A stretch of DNA of 64,000 bases, taken from Sphagnum compactum. Taxonomy: Eukaryota. Positions 1 through 12,353 of this stretch are shown piece after piece. The DNA lies in the NCBI GenBank assembly GCA_965153455.1, contig OZ234493.1, positions 13,134,213 through 13,198,212 on the forward strand, given 5' to 3'. Positions within the stretch are counted from its first letter, which is position 1. Each line of letters begins with the position of its first letter. Below the pieces are notes generated by a model, which saw nothing but the letters and a program-made list of their open reading frames with translations, was not told the origin of the DNA and ran no database searches. A program made the position numbers and the translations under genes.

Positions 1-773
1 TTTGTCAAAAATGTCACAGGATAAACCTTGAGGACTTTGTCTCACAGCTAGATCCAAGAAATTACAAGAGAAGCCTTTAGACGTACAATTCAACTCACAA
101 GATGTTTTTGGGTATATGCCGCTACCAAAAGAGTCTTGGTTAAGGTGCATGAAGTTCACAAAGTCTGGAAAATCAGGAACAAAAAGATCATCCACAAACC
201 TACGAACCAGGGACAATCTATGAAGCACACCAGGACATGTGTTACTCTTCGAGAGACACTTAATGAAATCAAACGCATAGGTAAAGAGATAGAAATTAGC
301 CAAACAGACCGCACAATTAGTACCCATGGGGATACCAATGCATTGTCTATAAACACCATGACCAATACAAAGAAACAAATTGTCTAATAAGAAATCCAGC
401 CAAGAGATCAAATCTGAAGCCTCTGCAAAATTGAAGCTATGAAGATTTCAAACAAAATAATCCCTGCATTATTTTTCAGCAACAAAAACCTAAAGTTCAA
501 AGCTGTTTTCTTAATCATCAAAAACTTAAAACGATGAAGCTTCAGCATCCAATTAAACACTTTATTTATCAGAACTCTCATACAAGCTTTTAGGCTTAAA
601 TTGTATATTCCAACATAAATTAATGGAGACATCATCAAGTTTTATCCCATAACTTCCATTTAAAAGGCTTGCTTTCAGCATTGAAAACTTCTGAAAGTTT
701 CTCAAATTGTACTAGGAATGCTGTACACAAAGAGGTCACTAACTATGCTAAAGTAACAAATCTTACTTGAAAA

Positions 774-3700
774 TTAGGGGGTTGGTTGAAAGCGGCCTAG
801 CCTTCGAAGCTTTCGTCGTCTCTCCCAGGCCAGCTCTTTTACCTTGATCTCACCTTTCACAGGAGTTTCTGAAAGAAACACAGAAAATAGCAGTGATAAT
901 CACCTTCTCTACAAATTGTTTATGTTGAAATAAGCTTAAACAGTCAAGCCCTACGATTAAAGAAGGATTTGTGGTGGCAACTCAATTAACATCAGCATAG
1001 CAGTTCATGTACCTAGACAAGTGTAGACTATTGAGCACTGATCTTGAGGTCCTCTACATTCTCCACATACTAAACAACAAATAGAACAGGTGATTCCTTA
1101 TTGATGCAAGAAAATTGACATATCCCCTACAAATTGTTCATGTGACATCCCTGAAAAGAAGTTGTCTAGCTGTTGGCTTCCTTAAGCATAGGAATATCCT
1201 AATCTGAGTCTCTGGCGATTCCATTCTTCAAGATGTGTGCTCCTTCACATGGCTTCTCTCTCTTTCCAGTCACAGAAAAATTCTTTTTTCTGTATGGTAA
1301 TACCCTGAGACCTTATGTCCAGGAACAGACTCCAAATGGACCATGAATACTCAAAGTCTGTAGAAATTACCTGGAATGGAATTTGCAGTGAGATCTCTGT
1401 TGTCTGACAATACTTCTTGAGCTAAAGGTTTCCATTGCTCCGATGATGAATATGGACAGCCCATACCCACACTCAGTCCTCGTAAAATGTGAATTGTTCT
1501 CAGTATGAAGAACAGATCCTTTGGAAAATTCTGCCACCGCCAAGGAAAAGGTTTCTAGCTTGTCACACATTGCTCTCAGTTGCTAACATCCCACTACTCC
1601 TAACATGTTACTTCTGAAACAGTATAAGGAGGAGTATTATGGTCACCCTACAAAGAACACACACAGGACCCAAAACAGCTTTGCTTTACACAATGAGCAG
1701 TGTCAGATGACATATAAGGCTGATCTGACAGTGGGAAATCGCAAGCAAAATTATGCTTTCTTTATAGATCTGCTGGAGAATTAAGTACAAATACCAACAA
1801 AGATAGTCTCCAAATGCACAAAAAAAATTTAATAACATTCCAACTGTACATTAGAAAACTGGACACAGCATTAGAGATCTTCTGTTGCAGATTATTTGAG
1901 AGAATGAAAAAAGTTGCTTGGGTTGCTGGGATGGATATACAGGCACCTTCACAGAGATTTCATTGAGAACAGAATCGTCCCCGAATGGATTGGCAATTGC
2001 AACACCCGGTGGCAGCTTTGTGTCAAACATAAGGATTGCCAATGTCCTGAAACTGTCGCTGTCCTTTTCAACTCTCTGGACTGTTTCAATCCCAAGGTTC
2101 CTGCCATGAACCACAATAAACAGATCGGGCATCATCTCCTAGAAACACTCACATAACTGTATTCCTTGTGGCCCTCATCATCTTAGAAATAATCCATTGA
2201 TTCACCATCAAAAGAGGATGCAAGAGAATACTTGAAACAGCGACCAATTTCTGAAACATTGTTGGATGCCAAGGCCAGCACTAAGCGTGCAAATCCTAGC
2301 CGCAAATCCTCACCCAATTCTTTCACCTGACCGTAATCCAGAAGCGCCACCTTCACCAATTCCAAAAATTCACATGCTTAAAAAGACAATATGATTGAAT
2401 ATTACCAACATACTCTAACAAAGCAAGCAGATACCACCATGCTCAAACTCTTGCCATAGCACCATAAACCATTGAAGAAGATGCCCAGTAAGAGATATAT
2501 GCCTTGCCATCCTTATTGATAAGGACATTTCCTGGATGGGGGTCAGCCTGGAAAAAACCATCCCTTAATATCATCTGCCCATATGCTGATGACAAATCCC
2601 TCAAAATGTTCCTGCATCCACAGAGGTGATCTTACTGTCAAAAGCAACCCTGTGCAGTCACATGAACCCCCTAACTACTGCCTGCCCTAGGTCGCTTATC
2701 TGCCTAATCAACAATAAAGATGTCTGCTCCAATTCTGCACAATTCCATACTAACTTATCACCATGAATCTGCAACAGATACTCTCCTTCTACCTGGAGAA
2801 TGTTTCCAATTGCAATGTAATGGAGCTCACAACCACATCTGTTATAGATCAAGACCATACTGTCAATGACCCAAAAGAGGCTCCCAAACAAAGTACACAT
2901 ATAGAGAGATTGTACTCTTGAGTCACTGCTTGCTATAACATTGTCGAAAATGAAGATGAGAATGGCACCTTTTAGCCATTCTGGCAACGGCACCATTTGG
3001 GTTAATTCCTCGCTTAGCCATTTCATCTGCTAATTTCAATATGGGTGTGCCTTCTATGAAATCCATCACCAGCACTTTCCTGCAAATGAGCAAGGCCACA
3101 GGGTTATGATAACAATACTACCAGCCTAATTTGCAGGGACACAATCACTGCACACACCCATTGATCTGAATGCAGCATTTCAGGTCCTCCTTTAGCAAGA
3201 ATTCTGGATAGCATCCTTTGTCAGGAGCTGCAGCTATACTGTTCTCAATTCTCCCCACCTGACAAGTGTTTCCTATTGCAGGATGGGCTTTGAACAATTC
3301 CTCCTTACTGGTAAGGAAGCATTTCTTCTTCTAACTAGTATACATTTGGTACAATACCCTGCACAGCCACACTGGCATATACATTGCAAAGGCAGGAAAT
3401 ACAGAATTTGAGAAACCTATCCAGCACAACACACCCTCACATAAGCAGAATGCCAACACACAAAATTTGAGTAAAAAGAACATACTTGGTGACCAATCCA
3501 GGTACTGATCGAGGAATAGCAATAGGGGCTTTTCCCCCATTAGCTGCCCGCAAAGACTCAGATATCCGGTCCATGGACCCTGCCTCCTTTATGAAATCAA
3601 ACTCAAATTCTACCTGAACATCACAACACCTCAGATTGGTGAACCATGGACAGGCTCTGAGCATGGAGTTGGCAGGGTCCAAAGCATGCACATGTGGCCT

Positions 3701-6017
3701 AACAGTCTAGGTCATATGAACATGATCGATCCACATTGCTCACTGGCACCTATGAGAGAGTGATTGTATGTAGAACTGTGCTTGGAATATAGTCCATAGT
3801 TTGCAGCTGATTGGCTATACAGTCTTGCTTAAACATCTGAAATCCCACTAGAATCATGGAGCCTACATAGAAGCTGGTGAAGTGAGGAAACCTGGTGATC
3901 AAGTTCATCAAGGAATGAGAGTAAATCAAACTGGATGTCAAATCGCTGCAAAAATGCAGCAAAAATCTTTTGATTGCGGATGTCTGTCATCATTAATTCA
4001 TGCGCCCCTGGATGCTGGACCTGTTATCCTTCCAAAGAACATTCCAAGTCATGTTTCCTCAACTGAAAACCTCATGACATTGAATCAAGCTTTGGAGTGT
4101 GAAAATTTCTCCAAATGATAAAGCTCTCATGCATTTCACAGGACACATACTCCATGAAAACCAAGAATCATAACAGGCAGATCAGAAAGTGAACTGTATA
4201 TAACAGGAACCAGTAACATAAGGGTGGGGTGGTGATACCTTCACAGCAACATCATTTGTTGTACCCCTGACTCTTGCACGATGGACCTGCATAACCAGCA
4301 TCCACAAATATACCAGCTGTTTGATCAAGAGCTGTTATCACCTAAAACACAAGCTCACCATTTTGAAGGACCCAAAATCTCAAAGTTGCTATGCTTGACT
4401 ATTCTTTACTCTCTGCCCCCTGAGTGCAGAAAATTACAGGGTGTCTGCAAGAAAAAATGCTGAGAAAAATGTTGTGTTTCAAAGAGTTTCTGAAGTCCAG
4501 GGTACCCTACCCCAACTCCTAGCAGTGTATATACCCAATAGGACATTGCCTATTATAAACTTGAAATCTTTCTCTCTGTCTGATAGAATGTGTACCTGGG
4601 CAACCGATGCAGAAGCAACAGGCTTGTGATCAAATCGCTCAAAGATAGAGTCCATTGGCTTTCCAAATTCTTGTTCAAGAACTTTCTGAACCTTCTCATA
4701 CGGAGTTTCTGGTGCTCCATCACATAAAACAACTAGCTTCCTCACCCATGGCATTGGTGACACATCTGGCTTTGCCAATGTTTGCGCCGACTGCTCTCAT
4801 ATTTAGTGCAGGACATCCAACCCATGAGCCCTTCAGCTCTCTGATGTCATTAAAAAGCTCAAACGGCAAACCACCTTGGTTCATTTTGAACCAACTTGAT
4901 TTGCATTGTTTCTACAAACCAACTTAAATAAAGACAACACTAATACATAGCTTGTACTTTGGGAACTCACTGCCATCACTTTGCAGTCTTAGAACCCATG
5001 CCCAGTTCCAGAGTTTTAAAGAAGGGCAATGGGGAGAGGCCTTCAAAAGACCGACGAACAGAACAGGAGGCCTGACTCAATATTGATTGCTTTCAGCTCC
5101 ACTGTCACAAGAACAGAAACTAGAAAAAGACATACAACAAAAATGCAATACAAAAGTAGCACAGCATATACAGTCTTCCATGTACATATAGCAAGGAAGT
5201 GAAATGACATGTCATACTGGTTGTCTCTAGTTTTCTTCAGGACCCACAGCTGCAGTCCATTGCACCATGCAAATAGAAAAAAGGTTACCCAAAGTTTCAT
5301 GACTACAATCATATAAAATATTTCCTCACCTTAAGGAAAAAACCACCAAGTTCTGTGCACAGAGAGTACAGTTTGTCTGCTGCCCATTCGTGCTGATCTT
5401 CCCACATGCGCTCTTGTTCTGCTTCATCATTCACAAATTGTACTCGCAACTGCAGAGCCTGAGAAAGGGCACTCTTTTGTCAGTTTCTAGGTTTTTTCCC
5501 CTTTAATCTCCTCTTATGCAGAAATGCTGGAGGCAGAGATGTGTGATCAATCCCAAACCTCCATTAATCACTTTCGGTGAACACTGGAATAGTGGTAGTA
5601 GGGTTTTGCTTCAAAATCCTGAGATAAGCAATGCAATATACTAGAAGAAGGTTTGGAAGAAATGCCTGTGCAAAAAGTCAGAAATGTAATTTGCACCTTG
5701 TAACTTGCATAGATTTGTGCAGTGCGGGTCCAGAATTGGATGGTGCGATCCATTTTCTGATGATTTTTCATGCCAAGCTCATGAATTGCACTCAAATGTG
5801 CTGTGCGTTTCTTCTCATCAAGTAACAGCCCTGCCCATTTCTTCACATTCTCATCAATCTTGCGGTGCTTTGTTGCACCAAGTTCCCACATCATGCTCAA
5901 ATGTGCTCCTCGTCTTTCTCCATCCATGCAAAAAGCAGCAATCTGTTTGACATGATGATCTACCCATGTAAACGGCTGCCTCATGGATACAAATCCTTGT
6001 TCCGTCTCCTGGCTCAT
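774..6017 (-). CDS. ABC1K: ABC1/UbiB (ADCK/AarF-domain) atypical protein kinase, ~565 aa, 12 exons
   Basis: Manually spliced exons (minus): 6017-5697, 5458-5330, 4790-4596, 4286-4239, 4020-3892, 3613-3486, 3079-2969, 2611-2503, 2350-2232, 2100-1947, 1530-1371, 868-774 (last exon tentative). The frame is preserved across all junctions. Motifs: LGGFFLKSAQ (KxGQ-type), PVASASVAQVHRA, DVAVKVQHP, EFDFIKEA, VLVMDFIEG, FFQADPHPGNVL, ALLDYGQVKEL. Confidence 0.93.
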
Positions 6018-7924
6018 CCTTAGCTCAAAGATTCCTGCCCAGATGAAACCACAATCCACCACCAAACCCTAAAAGGACACACCTAGCTGCTGCAGCTAGA
6101 AGTTTCAATTGAAAATAGCAGACTGAATGCAGATCTTCCTGAACTCAATTGAAATGAGCAAAGTGTGGTGATGGTCTGGACCAGAGCAGCAATAATCCTG
6201 CCAATTCAAGCTGCTTCAACAAGGAGCTCCAAGAATGCCGACAGAGCTGGAATCCCAAAGTCCCAAAGAGTTATGTCTGAGAGCGAGACAAAAACAATGG
6301 AACTTTCAGTAGCAATGCTTTTTGCTCATCAAATCTGAAATTCACACAAGACCTTGCACAAATGCTATTCTCATGAGCATGAATTTCCTCAGTAAACAAT
6401 CCTCCAAAGACAATCTATCTTCTTCAACAAGGACTTCACAGAATGACAACAAATTGGGAATCCCAAAGACCCAAAGCATTAAGTCTGTGCCTTTCTCTCA
6501 TGCTTTACATTTTCACATGGGACCAATTTGGCAAAATGCGTGAATGAAGCAGCACACCAGATTCAGATTATCACAAGCTGCAAATCTGCCAAACTCTCTC
6601 TGTTCCCAAATGCAAATCTTCCCAAACAAAGAGAAGGACATATGCCCACAAACATCCACAAACCTAAAAACACTCAGATCTCTCTCTAGACTGTAGCCCT
6701 TGTTGACTCTTCATCTTGTTCCTGTTCCTCCACTTGCTCCTCCCCGAAGATCAAAGCTAATCACACTCTCAAAGAAAGATAATAGATCAGAAAGTCTAAG
6801 ACAGTAGAAGAAGAGTCACGCAGAGTCAGAGAGAGGGTGTGAGAGAAGAGGAGTCTAGTGAAAGAAAAATAGAAAAGAACTATAGACAATCTCTTTTTTT
6901 CTAAGAAAAAACAATCTGTTGAGAAAAAAAAGGGAGTATGCGACTGTGAGATTTTTTTCCACAGAGGCACGCACAGAGCCGAGAGACACGAATGTGATGA
7001 GACGAGAGGCCCACAGACCACAGGAGCAACAGACAAACAAACAAACATACATCCAAACAAACAAAAGATTCACAGAAGCAAAAGAAAAGTGTGACCTACA
7101 ACGGAATGCGTGGTGCACAATGTGGCTTCTCTTCCACCTCTCCTCCTCTATCTTTGGCGCGAGCGTGCATCTGTGACGTAGGCAAACATGGACGTTTCTT
7201 TCAATACGGAAAGCGCTTTATCCTGTGCTCTCTGCCATCAAAGGCCCCGGTCCCGACCGCTTATGAGAGGATATCGTTTTCTCCTTTGCCGATGATGCTG
7301 GAATCAGATAACCTTCCATCAAAGAAGAAGACGAAGAAGAAGAAGAAGATAGGAGTTGAAGCTTCAGAGCAAGGGATCTCGAGTGCAGAAGGGACACTTA
7401 CAACAGAGGCGATTTTATTTTTCTTGTTTGCCGCAAGAAAGAAAGATTCAACAACAAACAAGCAAACAAACAAACAATATCAATCAATCTGCAGCTGCTC
7501 TGTACTCCACAAGAAAGGGGAAGGTGTCCAATGTCTATCTGCTGGTCTGTCCAAGGCTCAAGGAAGTTTGCAAAACACGTATTGTCACAAAGTTTCGAGC
7601 GCGGATTACCTACAAAGTCGACAAAACAGAGCTGCTGTTCGATCATTTGTTATTGTTGTCTGTCGTCTTCGATCGGGATCTTCTTCCACTGGTTTTGTCA
7701 GCAGCATCATCATCATCTCTTCTCTCTTCTGCTGTTCTGAATGCTCCATGGCCAGCTTGCGAGATGTGTGCGGCGTGTGTGTGTGTGTGTGCGTGTGTGT
7801 GTGTCTCTCTCCGTCTCTGGTTTCGTCAGCCATCGCCTCTGCTGTGCCTAATCTCTCTCTCCGTAGTCAGCCAGTCAGCCAGCAGCTGCTAAATAGATCT
7901 CTTCATTATTGCAAATTTCTTGAG

Positions 7925-8600
7925 GTTCATCATCTCTGTTACAGAAATTTGTTCTATGATCCTTCGGGATCTCTGTGCAAGATCCTTGCCGATTGACAGA
8001 AAGGTCTTAGATACATCGCTCCATTGTTTCTTCAGTTCAAAACCCTTGCCGATTTTATGATAGCTGCTAGAAGCATCTCTCCATTGTTTCTCAAATTCAG
8101 AATCCTTGCCGATTCACTGCTGCTGCAATAGTTCTCTTCCCATTGTTCTTCGGCTCAAAATCCTTGCCGAAACACACCGGCAAGATCAGCTTTCTCCATT
8201 GTTTCTTCAGCTCAAAAACCCTGACCGATTCCCAGCTGCTGCAATAGATCTTTTTTCCATTATTCTTCGGCTCAGAATCCTTGCCGATTCACATCGGCAG
8301 GATAGCTTTCTCCTTTATTTCTTCAGCTCGAAAATCCTTGCCAATTCGCAGTTGCTGCAATAAATCTTTTCCATTGATCTTCGGCTCAAAAATCCTTGCA
8401 GACTCACAGCTGCTGCAATAGATATTTTCCATTGTTCTTCGGCTCAAAATCCTTGCCGATTTACATCGGCAACATGGATGTCTCCATTGTTTATGCACTT
8501 CAAAAATCCTAACCCGCCGATTCACCAGCTGCTACATAGATCTGAGCATTACTATTTACTGTTTCTTCGCCAGCTTCAGCTCAAAAAAATTCCTGCAAAT
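7925..8600. repeat. Minisatellite, ~10 diverged copies of a 57-60 bp unit
   Basis: The core AAAATCCTTGCCGATTCAC..GCTGCAATAGATC..TCCATTGTTCTTCGGCTC recurs at ~7979, 8039, 8099, 8157, 8214, 8274, 8331, 8389, 8446 and 8503. Confidence 0.9.
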
Positions 8601-9509
8601 ATCTCCAAAATCCTCCAAATCTCTCCAAAATCGTTTCTTCACTTCAAAATCCCTCCAAAATCCCTCCAGAAAGAATGCTTTCGTCTGCTCCAAATCCTTC
8701 CAGACCTCTCCATTGCTTCTTCAACTTCAACTGAAATTCCCTCAAATTCTCTTCCAATTCTCCAAATCTCTTCTCCCATTGTTTGTTTTCTTCTCTGTTC
8801 CAAACAAAAATTAGACTCTGTTACAGATACCCGAAGGTTATCAGGTGGTGTATATAGCATATACCAGTTGTTGGGCAGTTATCCGTTGTTGGGCTGGTTA
8901 GAACCGCTGGATCCGGTTCCCGCTTAGTCCAAATTGAACTGGAACTGGGTCTGATTTCTGCAACCCATCAAAATCAAATTTTTATAAAAACATTTACGTA
9001 AAGAATTGTTTCATTTTATTTTTAAAAAAATTTGATTTTGAAGTTATTTTGATAAGTTGGAGAGTACCTTCCAAATTGTATAAATTATTATTTTTGCAAC
9101 GTCATTGTTACGATGTTAATGAATAAGATTTTTTTAGCCCAATAAAAATCTTTTTTTAAAAAAAAATGAAACAATTCTTTACGTACATATAAGATTTACA
9201 ATTATGATTTCAAATGTTCTCATTTTTAAATTCAAAATTGACATGAATTTTATCATTTAACTTTCCTATGCATCACACATTGTCACCAAATTTTTAAAAA
9301 GATAACCAAAAGACATTATATATATATATATTACAAATGTGCACAAATTTTTTTAAGATCATTTGTAATTTTACAAATTTCTAAACCCAAACAACACATT
9401 CACATAAACAACCAAAAAACACAAAATAATAATTAAAAACTCAAAAACACAAACTCAATACTCACAAAAACCACAAAAAGTTGACATGTTGTAAACACAA
9501 TAAATAAAT

Positions 9510-9810
9510 TGACAATTTTTTGTTTGTAATAAACAAAATGGACGAATAGACACACCTACAGAATTGGATAAAATGGATAGAAATGATTAAAAACTGGATA
9601 AATTTGACAAAATTCATTTAAAAATTAGACAAAATATATCAAAATGAATTGAAAATGGATAAAACAAATACAAATAAATAGAATAAACACAACTAATATA
9701 AATGGACAAAATCGATTAAAATGGATAAAATAAATACAAATATACAAAATTGACAAAATTGGACAAAATTGAATGGACATAATGGACATGTTGGATATAA
9801 ATGGATAGTT
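9510..9810. repeat. Low-complexity A-rich repeat (AAAATGGACA/AAATTGGATA-like ~10-mers)
   Basis: Repeated aaaatggac/aaattggac/aaatggata motifs. Confidence 0.6.
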
Positions 9811-11318
9811 ACAATAAAATAATTAAAACCGTATAGAATTGGATTTTAAAAATCATAACCATAGATAATAATGTTACACCATTCCATAAAGTTACACCCC
9901 AAAAAAATGAAACACTTGTAAATACATAGAATAAAGTTACATCATTGTACAAAATTACACCATAAAAAAATAAACCCCCAAACATTAATAATAGAATTAC
10001 ACACACAAACACAAAATCATCTATTCTTTGAAAGTCCTTGATTAGAATAATGCGACAAACATGATAAACACAAAAAATAAATTGATGGAAAAAATAAATA
10101 TTTTGGCAAAACTTTAATAAAATGTGAATGTAATGTTTTAAAGTGAAATCAATATTGAACAGCACAAACATAACTAGGTTATCACAAACACAAAATGCAA
10201 ATGTGCAAAAAATCACAAAAAAAATGAAGCCATAAATAAAAAAATTAGTCGCAAAGATGCAAAACGAGCAAAATTCTCAAAAAAATCACAAATGCGAAAA
10301 ACTATTATAAACGTTACATTAGACTGTGTCATAGTTCTTTTTGGGTTTCACTAAATTCTTAATGAATTTGAACATGTTTATCATGATGAAACTGGTCAAC
10401 CTCCAATGAATAGGGATTAATTGTTATAGAGAGTGTATTGATCCATTAATATCTAATGAAATACAAATTTATCAAACCATTTCACTTATTGATTAATAAA
10501 TTAAGCAGCATGAAAATCATTTATATTTAAATTATTTAATATTATTGATAATTTCAACCTATGAATTATTGACACATGTCATTATCAATGCTAAGTTAAA
10601 AACTTAGCCTAAGTGCATAAGCCATGTAATCAACCTAAATAGGCACTTACTCTAAAAAATTTCATAAAAAAATATTTGATCAACTTACCATTGTTAAAAA
10701 AGTGCAAAACAATTTGTGTATTAAAACAATTATAGTAGCAATGAATAATGCCCTATTAGCACACAGCAATAAAAATTCCTTAGCAAAAAAAAAATTATTA
10801 CAAAAACATGACCCACCATTTAAACAAAAAAGAACTATTTATGGCATATATTATGGTTTTTCAGGGGAAAGCAAACCCTACAAAGAAAATTAAAATTAAT
10901 GGAAATAATAAAATGATTCAAAAGGTGGCAAATTTCCACCTCAGTTACATCACAAGATTGAAATAAATAAATAAATACATAGGAAATTACCACTTTTTGA
11001 GTTATTTTATTACGTCCATTAATTATGTTTTTTGTGTGCCAATTTTGTCAAATTTGGTTATTATCAAAACATGAAAGGAAATTGTTTTTAAAAAAAATCC
11101 TTCTATATTTTTGGCTACCCATTTGGTTTTATGGCCGGTTATTTGATTTCCTCAACAAGTTGGAAAACCGTGGTTATATATCAGAAACCGGTTCTTCTGA
11201 TTGTGTGAGGGAGGGAGACCATGGTTATGGATTCCTAAGAACCACCCCCATAACTGTGGGGGGGGGGGGGGGGGAGGGTGTAACCCAGGTACCCACCCAC
11301 CACTAGTACCCTACTTAC

Positions 11319-11520
11319 TACCTTGGCAACTTTGACACTAATTATATTATTTTCAGAAATGTTGAAAATTTCCAAAAAATATTTTTCATAAATAAATAAA
11401 TATATATATATATACTGAAAAAAGTATTGAATTTTTGGGAATATATATATATTTTTTAAATAAAAAATTCAAAATGAATAAATTATTTGACAAATAAATT
11501 TGGTTGAAGCTACCAAGGTA
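11319..11520. mobile_element. ~200-bp MITE-like element, copy 1 (degenerate)
   Basis: The ends TACCTTGGCAACTTTGAC ... GTTGAAGCTACCAAGGTA form imperfect TIRs. The first ~50 bp (ACACTAATTATATTATTTT.AGAAATGTTGAAA) are nearly identical to the element at 20523. Confidence 0.6.
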
Positions 11521-12124
11521 TATTACATACATGTAAGTTTGTAAAAAGACGAAAAGGGTAGGCCTACAAGTAGGTACATAGAGAGGGGAAGACATAGGTA
11601 AATAGGTAGGTAAGTAGGTACGAAAGACTTCAGACGGATAAACAAACACCATTATTTTACCATCGTAAAACAAACCTTTTGACAAATTGTTTTTTTAGTA
11701 TACGTGCTGCAGGTGCTCTTCTTACAAAGAAGGGTAAAAAGCTTGCTTGCCGGGCATTTCAAAATGCCCGTATTATTCTTTAAAACTTTTTTTTTTAAAA
11801 TAAAAAATTTATCACGATACCCGATTCCCACCCAGACGGAAACCCATCAAGTATCACAATAAATTATTTTATTGTGATAAAAAGAGTGAAAAAAAAAAGG
11901 GTCGATTTTTACACTAGGCAAATGCCCTCGCACCACGGGGGCATGCTCGAAACACAACAACAACGGCCCGTGGCTGGACCCAAAAGAACAAGTTCTTGAA
12001 ATATTTCAACCACCGAGGTCGAAAGAAAGAAAGCCGAGGACCCATTGTTTTGGGACGGGGCCGGTTGTTGTTTCGGGAATGATGGCCCAGCTCATAATAA
12101 TCATAATAATAATCATAGTTCAAT

Positions 12125-12230
12125 TTTACCACTAAATTAATCATAGTTCAATTACAAATAATACTATGATTAATTTATTGTATATATGTGTACATAATAA
12201 TCCTTGAACTATGATTAATTTAGTGGTAAA
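12125..12230. repeat. Perfect 27-bp inverted repeat with 52-bp spacer upstream of MYB3R
   Basis: TTTACCACTAAATTAATCATAGTTCAA (12125-12151) and its exact reverse complement (12204-12230). Confidence 0.9.
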
Positions 12231-12240
12231 TTTGTAATTT

Positions 12241-12308
12241 GGGGGGGGGGGGGGGGTGGGGGTGGGGTAAAGGGGAGGGGGAAGGGGTGGGGTGTTAAGG
12301 GGGGTGGG
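12241..12308 (+). repeat. G-rich tract with G-quadruplex potential
   Basis: G16 followed by multiple G3-G6 runs separated by 1-6 nt loops. Confidence 0.8.
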
Positions 12309-12342
12309 AGTTGATTAATTAAAAAAAAACTGGCCTAAAAGT

Positions 12343-12353
12343 GACCGTTTGGA
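12343..12353 (-). promoter_or_regulatory. Putative MSA (mitosis-specific activator) element in the MYB3R promoter/leader
   Basis: The minus strand reads CCAAACGGTCA, one mismatch to the MSA consensus YCYAACGGYYA. A second AACGG core lies at 12622. Confidence 0.4.

Noticed and set aside
1..400. Short ORFs at the window start
   Set aside because: No recognisable motif or splice support; these may be UTR or the end of a neighbouring gene outside the window.
7091..7996. 301-aa + strand ORF and overlapping ORFs
   Set aside because: Non-ATG start, built from microsatellites (GAA, CAAA, GT) with no domain motif. It is likely the antisense of a leader/intron region.
7925..8600. CRISPR-like appearance of regularly spaced repeats
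   Set aside because: Eukaryotic context, no unique spacers (whole units are homologous) and no cas genes.
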